Below, one piece after another: positions 53,206 to 64,000 of a stretch of 64,000 nucleotides of DNA. Made by a program: the position numbers and the translations under genes. Positions within the stretch are counted from its first letter, which is position 1. Every line of letters starts with the position of its first letter. The DNA lies in assembly GCF_006345805.1 (NCBI RefSeq), contig NC_042997.1:170872001-170936000 (forward strand), in the 5' to 3' direction. The notes beneath the pieces are model-generated. The model did no database searches. It was not told the DNA's origin and was given only the letters and a program-made list of their open reading frames with translations. The stretch is from Octopus sinensis. Its lineage: Eukaryota.

Positions 53206-53606
53206 TCTCTTACTCTTTTACTTGTTTCAGTCATTTGACTGCGGCCATGCTGGAGCACCGCCTTTAATCGAGCAACTCGACCCCGGGACTTATTCTTTTG
53301 TAAGCCCAGTACTTATTCTATCATTCTCTTTTGCCGAACTGCTAAGTGACGGGGACATAAACACACCAGCATCGGTTGTCAAGCAATGCTAGGGGACAAA
53401 CACAGACACACAAACGCATACACATATATATATATACATATATACGACGGGCTTCTTTCAGTTTCCGTCTACCAAATTCACTCACAAGGCTTTGGTCGGC
53501 CCGAGGCTATAGCTGAAGACACTTACCCAAGGTGCCACGCAGTGAGACTGAACCCGGAACCATGCGGTTGGTAGACAAACTACTTACCACACAGCCACTC
53601 CTGCGC
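53206..53606 (-). mobile_element. Full-length SINE family A
   Basis: Reverse-complement match to 13803-14218. Confidence 0.9.
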
Positions 53607-54439
53607 AATGATGATTTTAATTTTACCCCAGAACTGGAAAAATGTGCTTGTTGATTACAGGATATAATTCTTTTATTGTTCTGTTTCTTCAACTCAAATT
53701 ATTTAGTTGCATGATGATGATGATGATAAATTTCTAAGATAGGCACAATTCCACATTTTTAATGGAGAGAAGAGGTATAATCAGTCATAAGTCAACAATT
53801 TTGCCATACCATCCACTGAAAGCAAATGTATATTTAACAATAATAATAATAATATAATTAGCACCTATATTTTACTTAGTTATTATCTGATCTAACATAT
53901 TGCCAGAATCAGTAAAGAGATAACGCAAAATATGTAAATACTTCAGAAAAAGAAACATAACTAAAAGACATTAGGAGAGATACAAGCATTATTATTGATT
54001 CAAAATAGTATACCAGAAGCTATTTTCTGCTGTTTAAAGCACTAATATAATCATATATTAAGCACAGTAATGCTATTTTATAAGGAAATGGCTTATCTTT
54101 TTTTTCACTTTCTCAAGTCTATATGTATTTTTCTTAACAGTGTTTTTAAGTACAGTATGTATGTAAACAGTTTGACATAAGCCAATAAAACTTACTAGAA
54201 AAGAGAAATTATTTTTAAAAGAATTTAATTTTTTTTTTATATATGTGTTTTTAAATCTGTTTTTAAACAGTTTAAATATAATATTGGTGACATTTTTATC
54301 ATATCAGACCACTGACCAGCTATAGCAAATCGACATCTTGACATCTCTCACTAGCATCAAATAATATCAAGAAAACAAAGAAACCACCATATGACTGGTT
54401 TAAGCAACAAAAGATGACGAATCCATTAGCTTTACACAA

Positions 54440-55160
54440 TATCAAGCACACAGCAGGAGATATCCTGCAGTGCTTCTTACAGATACAGCTTATGCTGAGG
54501 ACTTTTCACCTTAATATCTGAGAGTATTGCTAGTTGAGTAGTGTGTTTCACAGATTGGCTTACATACAAAATGAAGTACATGGTTTACAACAAAGAAGAT
54601 AGCCACCTGTTAACAAGGAATGAATAAGAGTTGGAAAAAGTAGATGATTTTTTATATTTGGGCTCGTGGGTTGATACAAGTGAGAAAGACATCAAGGCTA
54701 GCATTGCTAAAGCATGGTCAGCTTTGTCAATGATGGCCACCATATAGAAATCAAATCTAAAGGGATCTTAAGATTAGCTTATTTCGAGTGGCACTAGAAC
54801 TTGAGTTCTTATACAGATACCCAACACAAACTCTACAGCATAAGAAGGAAAACTAGATAGAATATACAAAAGACTTCTCAAACCTTCACTTAACAGCAAA
54901 TGGCAGTCCCACATAACAAACCAGGTTCTTTATGGTAATCTTCGAAGATTTATCTCTACTATAATGGAAAAAAGACCCAAGATTCTGTGGACTCTGCTTT
55001 TGTAGCAAGGATGAAGTAGTGATGTAGGGACCAACACAAAGAAAGCAATCTAGTAGTCACCCTGCTAGGAAATTTATTGACCAACTGGTTGAAAACATGG
55101 GTCTACTGAAGAGTGATCCACCAAGAGAGGGAATTCTGGAGATAAGTGGCTGATGGTGAT
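54440..55160 (+). mobile_element. Decayed RTE/RTEX-type LINE, RT C-terminal part
   Basis: Frameshifted reads include TDTAYAEDF (YADD-like), ELEKVDDFLYLGSWVDTSEKDIKA.IAKAWSAL, WQSHITNQVLYGNL and HPARKFIDQL. Confidence 0.8.
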
Positions 55161-55595
55161 TGTATATGGATGATGCAGGAATAAGTTGTCACACCAACTG
55201 CTTATGTGCAAATTATAAAAAGAACCCTGGCATAATGTCAACAATGTCTTTTAGGTCAAGTTAGTTAACCAAACCACTTCCTTGCAATACTTCTGTATAA
55301 TATAGAAACACAGAAAACGACCTCACAAAGCATTTCCTTGAAATGCTCATGAACTGTCAGTAGCAATGAGATCATTTAGAAAGTAGTGAAATGGATATCT
55401 CCACACATATTGCCTTTGTAGTTTACTAGAAATAACAGCTAAATCTCCCCAAATTACATGCAGACTACTATCTTAAAAAGAAAAAAAATCTCAAAAAACA
55501 CAGGGTAATGTAGTCCCAGATATATATATATATATATTCCAATGGGTGAATGAATTATCCTATGTTTACTGTTAACATGGAAAATTCAATGAACT

Positions 55596-55680
55596 GTTAC
55601 CTGATGAGAAGATTGCATCTTACACCGTTTATTCCTTTGGAATAAAACCATGTTGTCTTTGAAACATATGTCGAAAGTAA
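55596..55680 (+). ncRNA. Hammerhead-like motif H5c
   Basis: CTGATGA (55601-07), stem II GAAGAT/GTCTTT, GAAA, ACATATGT, C17. Stem I is poor. Confidence 0.45.
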
Positions 55681-57720
55681 AAGTATTTTACTAACATCTT
55701 CGTTCAACTCCATTTATTTATTTATTCATCTATATATATATGTATAAGGGTTGGTTAACTAAATGCTGTTCCTACTATAGCTGTAGGTGGACCAATGCTT
55801 TGTGGGTGAATTTGGTAGGTGGAAACTGTGTGGGAGCTCATTGTGTGTATGTATATATTGGTGTTTGTCTTCCCCAACATTTGACAACCAGCAGTGGGTT
55901 GTTTACGTCCCTGTAACAGTGTGGTTCGGCAAAAGAGACCTGAGAGAATAAATAGCAGCCGAATCAAAACATGAATCACAACCTACTCTTTAAAAATAAA
56001 AGGAATAAAGGTAATGTAGTCCTAGATATCCCCTACCAAGAGGGATGGTGAAAGATGAAATGCCTTCGCATATACAATGACAACATCATTTACCAACAAG
56101 ACAAATTCATTTTATACTGACATTAGCAAAGAGAACTGCAAGTAGTTAAAATGATATGGCTTGCAAATAAAGCAGAAAGAGAGAGAGCCACATTGTCTAA
56201 TAGATGACTGACTGCTGGTTAGTTGTATACATAATGTCATTGATTAAATACTCTTGCCAGTTGATGCCCTGTGCCATGCTTACTGGGCTTTCCCTACATC
56301 TCTAGCCATGCGTGGCTGTGGACAGCATTGCTAATATATATATATGAAGAACTCTACTTAGCAGCCCTACTCAGGAGACATCATTAACTCTGGAACAAGT
56401 GTTCCCACTATGTAAAGCCAATTTATAGCTCCGAATAGCATATATCAAAACCTCACAGCTTACACACTCCCTCACATATATTAACCCTTTAGTGTTTGCA
56501 TTATTCTACCAAATTTAATGCTTTTTTCATCCACATTGTTTTGAACTAATCATGAATTATCTTGTAGCTATGAGATTTTGATGGGGTAGCTGTTAATTTT
56601 TAAAACGATATTGTAGGGTTGGTGTAAGAGACCAGATTTTTGCCAGTTTGAACATAAAACTGGCAGAATGCTTTTGGCCGGATATGGCCAGTTTACATGC
56701 TAAAGGGTTGAAATAGATAGGATAAGGTAGGGAAATGCACATGACATTTGCAAGTCAGCCTAAACTGGTGAAATTGATGGAGTTGACGTTTAGCTTGAAT
56801 ATCTCTGGGCCAGCATTTGTAAGAAAATTATGAATGAGGAAGTGATTCCAGAGTTTTTTGGTTCTGGAGATAGATAGAAGACTGTGTGAAGTCTGGAATG
56901 TGAGACTCGGTAAAAGTGATAAAAGTAATGAGAAACAGTTTACATGCATAACTTGTGTGGAGAGGGTATGCAACTAGTGAGTTCAGAGAAGCTGAGGTCA
57001 TTATAGCAGGCACAGAGGAAGCAGAGAGAAGTAATGCATCTGTGAGCTGATGACTGGAATATGTTGGTGAAGGATTCTTTGTTAATTAACTGATTGGCCT
57101 TGTTTTACATGAAATCTAGGATGTCTGTTTCTGGGTTGCCAGTAGCAGCAGAGCCTATCAGATGTATGCAGTATTTCAATGTGGGTCTCTTTATATGTCA
57201 AGAATACCAGAGTTAAAGCATTAGACATTATCAATCCGTTCTCTTTTGGGTGGTTAAAATGACAACTACTGATTTCTTTTCCAGCTATAGCATCTGTAAA
57301 AACCATTTTATATCATTAAGAGCTGTTTGGCATGGGAGGAAAAAAAAATTAACAAAGAAACAAAACCTAGCAATAAGAAAAAGTAAATAACTAATTACAA
57401 ATCCCTTTAACATGCCTTAACTCCTCTGTAAACTATGTTTCTAATGAAATAATACACAACCCATGTGTTTTAATTAATTATTTAAATAATTTTGAATATA
57501 GAAGTGTTAACAAATGTAGCTAACTCCTCCATCATCAAAGTGTCACTTGAAACATAATGAAAGGTTCTTTCTTAGAATTATGAATGAAGGTGTGGCCGTG
57601 TGGTAAGAAGCTTGCTTTCCAACTACATGATATTAGGTTCACTCCCATTGCATGGCATCTTGGGAAAGTGTGTTTGGCAGAGAAACTCAATGACATGCAT
57701 GTGTGTGTGCATATATATAG

Positions 57721-57982
57721 GTTTACGAAAATAAACAAAAGACGAAGGCAGGTGGAGTACAAACAAACAAATGTTTTAGTATGGCGCTCAGGAATAGAAA
57801 TAGAACAAGTCTTTTACGTTTCGAGCCTATGCTCTTCGACAGAAAGATACACAGAAAAGAAACAAGAAACAAGGAGAGAAAAAAATGCGTGTAGGAGATA
57901 ACGGTCTATCATGGCATTCTGACTTCATATATATATATATATAGGGGAAGAGTTCACGAAAAAAAACAAAAGACAGGTGGTG
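57721..57982 (-). mobile_element. Hammerhead-bearing element family H2, copy 3, with a partial tandem second unit
   Basis: Fold at 57810-57847 (TCTTT-CTGTCGAA-GAGC/GCTC-GAAA-CGT-A-AAAGA). The partial repeat 57943-57982 is separated from it by (TA)n. Confidence 0.7.
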
Positions 57983-57998
57983 TATATATATACACATA

Positions 57999-58235
57999 CA
58001 GGGTGGCCCAAAAATAGGTTTACAGTTATTCAACTATCTCTTTCACATTCATATATTAACAGTTTAGATCTTAATTATAATAAAAATATGAAACCATTAA
58101 TCTATGCTAATTTAGTTAATTTTGTCAGGATCCCTTTTTCAGTTTGTAAGATAGAAATTTAAATGTAAGAAAATGCTCTAAAAGAAATTTCATGTGCCTA
58201 TGTGATAACTGTAAATCTACTTTTAGGTCACCCAC
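57999..58235. mobile_element. Tc1/mariner-type MITE
   Basis: TA|CAGGGTGGCCCAAAAATAGGTTTACAGT and a right-end inverse matching 22 of 28 nt. The right-hand TA is absent. Confidence 0.55.
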
Positions 58236-59842
58236 CTCTTCCTCCTCATCATCATCGTTTAATATCTGCTTTCCATGCTGGCATGGGTTGGACGGTTTCA
58301 CTGAAGACTGGTGAACCAGAGGCCGCACCAGGCCCAATTTGTATATATGTGTGTGTGTGGGGGTATATATATATATATATATATACACATATATGTGGAT
58401 ATATATATATATATGTTTGTTTCCATATGCATGTGTTACTGTTCCTTTAGCTTTGCATGATAGTTGTAAACAAGTGTCACTGTCAGGCAAGCAGTGTCCT
58501 TTGCTTCTAAATATTCTGTGGAATTATGGCCATTGGGAAATATCACCTTACCTGGAAGCAAGTGAGGGTTCGTAATTCCATCTGATGCGCACAAGCATGG
58601 ATGAGTGGATGTTAAAACAATGATAGTGATGATGATTTAAATATAAACACTTTCAGATGGACGCATTTTTTGATACCCTAGTTCCAGAGCCAGTCTTAAG
58701 TCAGTTGCTATCAAAGGAATTAAGGGACACTTTATGTTAATATTAGTTTCAAATTTCGGCACAAGGCCAGCAATTTCAGATGAGGGGGTAAGTTGATTAT
58801 ATTAACCCCAGTACTCTCAACTGGTATTTATTTTATCAACCTCAAAAAGATGAAAGGCAAAATTGATCTTAGTGGAATTTGAACTCAGAATGTAAGGAGA
58901 GACTAACAATTCTGTCAGCTCACCACTTTATATGTTACTGTCATCAATTAGAATTTACAGGAAATCTCATATCAGACGCAGACATTCAAAATTTTCTCAA
59001 TAGAATGTAATGTCATATATTATATATACTTGCATATCACAATAATCAACATTAGAGTATTTCTTTTTTTCTTTCTATTTTTTTGGATAATTTTATATGC
59101 TTTCTTTAAACTTGTTTTATTAAACTGTTAAATATGTCTAATTGGTTAGTAGATAAGAGGAAAACTAATTTAAATGTTTTGAAAAAAATTCTTCGAAGTT
59201 ATATACTTGCCAACTAATATCAGAGTTCTCTTTAATGATTATTCATATTATGTTAACTTATTCTAATTAATTATTTAATTTTTTTTTTAATTGTAATTTG
59301 ATTACACACATAAATATATAGAATTTGTAACTACTGTTTGATCTATGGAGAATTTCCAAAGTAATTATCATTTTATATATGTTAACAAGAAAACTATGGT
59401 AATTGAGACACATTTTCAGACTGTCAACTTTATAAATTCTGTTTTTTTAGTTTTTGTGAAACTTAATATTATGAACAATTTATAAACATTATCTTGATCA
59501 ACAATAAGTGTTTTAAAAGTAGACACGCAGCCTGAAATTTGGGATGGAGGAGATCAGTCAATTAAGCCAAGCCCAGTATATGACTGATACTTAATTTTAT
59601 TGGCCATGCAGGAATGAAAAGCAAAGATAATCTCATGAGGATTTGAACTCAGAGTCTTGAGAGCCAGAACCAATACGGCAATCAATATGTGTAATCAAAT
59701 AATAATACAAAAAAAAAAAATTTATTAATTAGAATAAGTTAACATAATATGAATAATCAACACAACTTTGCAACCTATTGTCCTTCTATTATTATAAAGT
59801 GAAAAGTTCATTTTAACCCTTCTTTGGTAAAACTACCAAGTG

Positions 59843-59873
<31 letters not shown>

Positions 59874-59985
59874 GATGTATAAGTGGGTGCTCCTTGATAC
59901 TTGATGTAGTTAGTATGAACCCAGATAATACCTAGGTGCTCATATGGTACCTACCAGGATAATTTATCTCTATATACTCATTGTG

Positions 59986-60053
<68 letters not shown>

Positions 60054-60685
60054 CTTATACTGATATGTTTTGGGGCCTTACACACATAAATATATATATA
60101 TATGTAATGGATATTAGACAGCTTCAATGGTAAAATAATATTCTCATGAAAGTTATATATTTTTAAGTGAGACCTGGCTACCCTTGCAAAGAAATCCTTT
60201 TAGACTTAAGCCAGAGCAACTGGTGTTAATATCAACAAGGAACACACCATTGTTCACTCACACACACAAATGGTTTCTGGTGGTTGAGATTGATAATGCA
60301 TCTGTACATGTATGTACAGGCCAGAGTGAAATTGTTGAAGAGGACTGGCAGTGGCCCCTGCATGCAAGTTTATCTTTTCCATGCAGTTGATGTTTATCCA
60401 AAAGAAAGGCCACTGACCAGGGCCAATACAGCCTGGAGCCAGTGTCGTTGCAGGCATTGCTGTAAGAACATAGATTCTGCAAAACATCTCACCTAGTCCT
60501 CAAGCACTGGCAGAAAACATAACTGATTCTATCTCTCTCTGATGTCATAGATTATTTGTGCACCTTTCACCCTAACTTGACTCAGAAGCTCACCTGTAAG
60601 TGGTTGAATGTGATGAAGAAGACATTAACTTCTTTCGAGAGTTACACATGTACCCACAGCTATTCAAATTGCTATCACCTGCTAC

Positions 60686-60859
60686 AAGAGGAAGGAGGGA
60701 GTGAGGGAAGGAGGAGAAGAAGAATGAGGAGGAGGAGGAGGAGAAGAATGAGGAGGAGGAGGAGGAGAAGAATGAGGAGGAGGAGGAGAAGAAGAAGGGG
60801 AAGGAGGAGAAGGAGAAGAAGAAGAAGAAGAAGAAGGAGAAGAATGAAAGAAGAAGAAG
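60686..60859. repeat. Polypurine (AGG)/(AAG) tract with 24- and 21-bp sub-repeats
   Basis: Read directly from the sequence. It is the source of the poly-Arg, poly-Ser and poly-Pro ORFs. Confidence 0.95.
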
Positions 60860-61519
60860 TTTATATGTAGAATTCTTTGTGGGTTTTTCATGAGAACTGA
60901 AACAAGATACAAGAGGTAAGACCAATAAGAACAAATATAATTTATATCTACAAGGTGTAATGCAATCTTTGAAGCCATTCCCAGTTCCTATTCCTCAGAT
61001 AATGTTCCATCTTCACTCTTATAACTCCTCCTTTAATTCCAACATCTATGCAAACAACTGCAGTATCAGTAGGCAAGACAAAGCAAAAAAAAAATGGACA
61101 AAACATTATAAACAACTTTAATAGTATTTCTAATATTCATATAATAAAATACTGTTTAATGATGTTAAATTACATTATTGTGTTGTACTGCGATATAGCT
61201 GTAGTGTAGGAACTCTTTTTAATAGTTCTGAGTGCAGTATTCAGTATTGGCAAGAGTAATTTTGAACTTTTTCAGAGAAGGTTGAAGAAACCTTGACAGA
61301 TCTAAAAATTATCATGTTCTAAACAAAATAGAAATGTTTAAAATCCAAAATTAAAGATGCCTCTCCCCCACTTAACAACAAGAACATCAACATAAAAAAA
61401 GATATGTAATATTGAAACCAAGAAAAAAAAAATTATAAAAAAAAAGAGAATCTGCCCATAAAAAATCTGCCTCAAAAGATTCTGTCTGAAGTATTCAAGC
61501 ATGGAAAAGTGGACATTAA

Positions 61520-62150
61520 CCCTTTGTGTGCTGGTGGGGTCCCCAGGGACCCCAGCAAAGTTTAAAAGTTATGCAACTTTTACATTTTTATTCAACTGAT
61601 TTTATATCTCATGACTTTTATTATCAATAGTTTATGTATGCACGTACAAGTTTTGAGTTAAAAATTTCCAGTCACATGAATGTTATAACATAAAAGTATG
61701 GTCATTAAAATGTGGTCATTGGGATCCAACTTGACCCCACTGGCCTTTATTTTCTTCTTTCTTTTTTCAGATATTCTGATGAACTATAAGTGAATTTTCT
61801 TTGTATTTGTACTGGTATGAATCGATATACTAAATAATTTTGTTTTATTTTATATTTAGTGCTACATATATATAGTTTATGAAACTATAAAAAAATGTTG
61901 ATTTATTTCAATAAAGGTTTTTTTTTTCAGTCAATAGATTATATTTTAATTCCTCTCCATTAAACTAATAATTACAAATATATACTTATAAGTGCTAAAT
62001 TTCTTGTTCTGTATCATGCACTCACACATATATACAAAATTAAACAAATATTACTTTATGGACAGTGCAGAAATGCCCAAAAATAAAAAAGGGTCCCTCA
62101 GGACCCCAATGGCCTTTTGTGCAATTTCAACCCTGCCTGCCTATGAAGGG
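61520..62150. mobile_element. 631-bp piggyBac-type non-autonomous element
   Basis: TTAA|CCCTT...AAGGG|TTAA with subterminal GGG(T/A)..N..GACCCC palindromes. It is inserted in a (GAT)n-tailed repeat end. Confidence 0.75.
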
Positions 62151-63467
62151 TTAAAGGATAATAATGATGATGGCTTCTTCATGGTAATATTCTAACAACG
62201 AAAGTTTCTATAAACTTCCATACACCAGATTCAGATTGAATGACTGAATATTTCTGGCCTGGTTATAATGCATGTAATCGTAAATCTGGAGCTAGACAAC
62301 AATAATATCGATCCAAATCAAACATGAAAGTAATCAAATGCCACTTGGTAGGTAAGTAACTTGCATGAAAATATTAGTTTTTTTATTTTAGTGAAACCTT
62401 AACTAAGACTATCTAGTCATTCATTGCTGCTTTCATACAACATACTCATCATCATATAATTTTGTTGTTCTCTCAATATTTTATTTTTCTATTTACTTTT
62501 TTCTCAGACAGGAAACCACATTTCATTAGAAATACAGTTTACCTGTAACTATATTTCACTACTTATTTCAAATGAAATTCATTACCTGTGTGTTTGAATT
62601 AATTTCTGTTTTGATGTAGCAGTGAGAAAAAAAACAAAACAAAAAACAAAAAAAATCCCAAGAATTTGGAATGATATAGTCAAAATAACTTACCATTACT
62701 AAGATAGTGTACAAAATATAGCATTCTTATGTAAAATTATGAAGGAAGGCTTTTATTTAAATACAGGCACTTTAAGACTGTTGTACCTCTCAGAATGTGA
62801 GACAGTTTTAAGTTGGTTAGTCTGAAAATGTTTTATAAAAATGTGTTCATTCAATGACTCTGCCTTCTATCATATTCTGACATACACACCAATTTAATAA
62901 CTTGGAATTATGAATAGAATTTCTTTTATATTTCCTCATAATAGTAGCTGGGATTCCTTTCATTGACAATTTGCCACAATAAAAGATTGGTGAAATGATC
63001 ATGTGACTGTGTTTACATATTTGGTGGAGTCATAAACTACTGGAAATTGTCTAGTGATGAGCAAACTGAATATAAAGACAGCGATCAGTGCACTCTAACC
63101 ATAAGCATACAGATATGTACAAACATGTACATACATAAGCACAGGGGTGTTTACATAATATACATCTTTTTATTGGTTGTATACATAATATATTTCTTTT
63201 ATTGGTTTCAGACAGTGGACAGCAGTAAAGTTGGGAGAACAACTGTCAGAGGTTCTTAGTTGGTAATGTCAATCCTAGTGCATATTTCAAATATTTATTT
63301 CATTCATCTTGATATATTTAACTGTTAAGTTACAGACAACAAAGAAGGCAACATAAACACATACACACACAAACAAAAAAACTGGCTTCTGCATAGTCTC
63401 CCCAATACCAAATTCCACTCATAAGGTACTCAATCCAAGGTTGCAGTAGAAGACACTTGCTAAGGTC

Positions 63468-63762
63468 TGTTTGTTTGTTTGTTCCTTCTCGAGCCATGCC
63501 TGGCTCATAAGGGCCGGTTTCCTGGTTTCTTGGCATATAGGTTCCCCACCTGGACGGGACGCCGGCCCATCGCAAGTGAGCTGCATGATGTAGGAGGAAA
63601 GAGTGAGAGAAAGTTGTGGCGAAAGAGTCAGCAGAAGTTTCGCCATTACCTTCTGCCGGAGCCGCGTGGAGCTTAGGTGTTTCGCTCATAAACACACACA
63701 TCACCCGGTCTGAGATTCAAACCCGCGATCCCTCTGCTCTAACCACTAGGCCATGTGCCTCC
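63468..63762 (-). mobile_element. SINE with a family-D tRNA head, a V-domain-like body and an (AAAC)n tail
   Basis: Shares ~150 nt of head with 43490-43672. It then reads TGCGATGGGCCGGCGTCCCGTCCAGG...GAAACCAGGAAACCGGCCCTTATGAGCC, resembling the V-SINE domain as I recall it. Confidence 0.7.
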
Positions 63763-64000
63763 AAGGTGGCAAGCAGTGGGCTCTAACTTGTGACTAAACA
63801 ATACGTATAAGCATGCACATACACGCACAAATATATATAAAAATCTCAAATATTTCTCTAGCCATCTTAGATCTGCAAGAACAGTTTACACCAGACAAGA
63901 GTAACTTCATTTTTTTTTTTTTGAGAAAGAAGCCACCTGAGACATGGCTCATCATTAAGCAGGCAGGCTGCATTACTAAAAGAATTCAATGTAATTTTTA

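Noticed and set aside
60556-60978. Poly-Arg, poly-Ser and poly-Pro ORFs
   Set aside because: They are frames of the AGG/AAG microsatellite.
62584-62603. Possible 20-nt micro-exon (aacag|...acacag|gtaatg)
   Set aside because: It is frame-disrupting with weak context, and such sites are expected by chance in 64 kb.

Overview
AT-rich eukaryotic genomic DNA. The SINE, MITE and microsatellite landscape resembles an octopod cephalopod, which is an inference from remembered repeat sequences and was not searched. The only host gene I can support is a minus-strand UBE2E-class ubiquitin-conjugating enzyme. Two internal coding exons (30625-30675, 51 nt; 462-594, 133 nt) splice in frame across a ~30-kb GT-AG intron. 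The start exon and the catalytic-Cys exon were not found in the window. The rest is intronic: tRNA-derived SINEs, RTE and R4 LINE fragments, a DD37D-like maT transposon relic, piggyBac-, hAT- and mariner-type MITEs, and simple repeats, with several nested insertions marked by target-site duplications (TSDs). The most notable signal is a set of 11 minimal type-I hammerhead-ribozyme-like folds in five unrelated short elements. Three of these elements carry 12-17-bp TSDs, and some show tandem or inverted pseudo-LTR architecture, as expected for Penelope-derived retrozymes. One is a tandem pair spaced 308 nt apart with a G3-C8 swapped catalytic core. All folds were read by eye and ribozyme activity is untested. 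Nearly all supplied ORFs are repeat artefacts.
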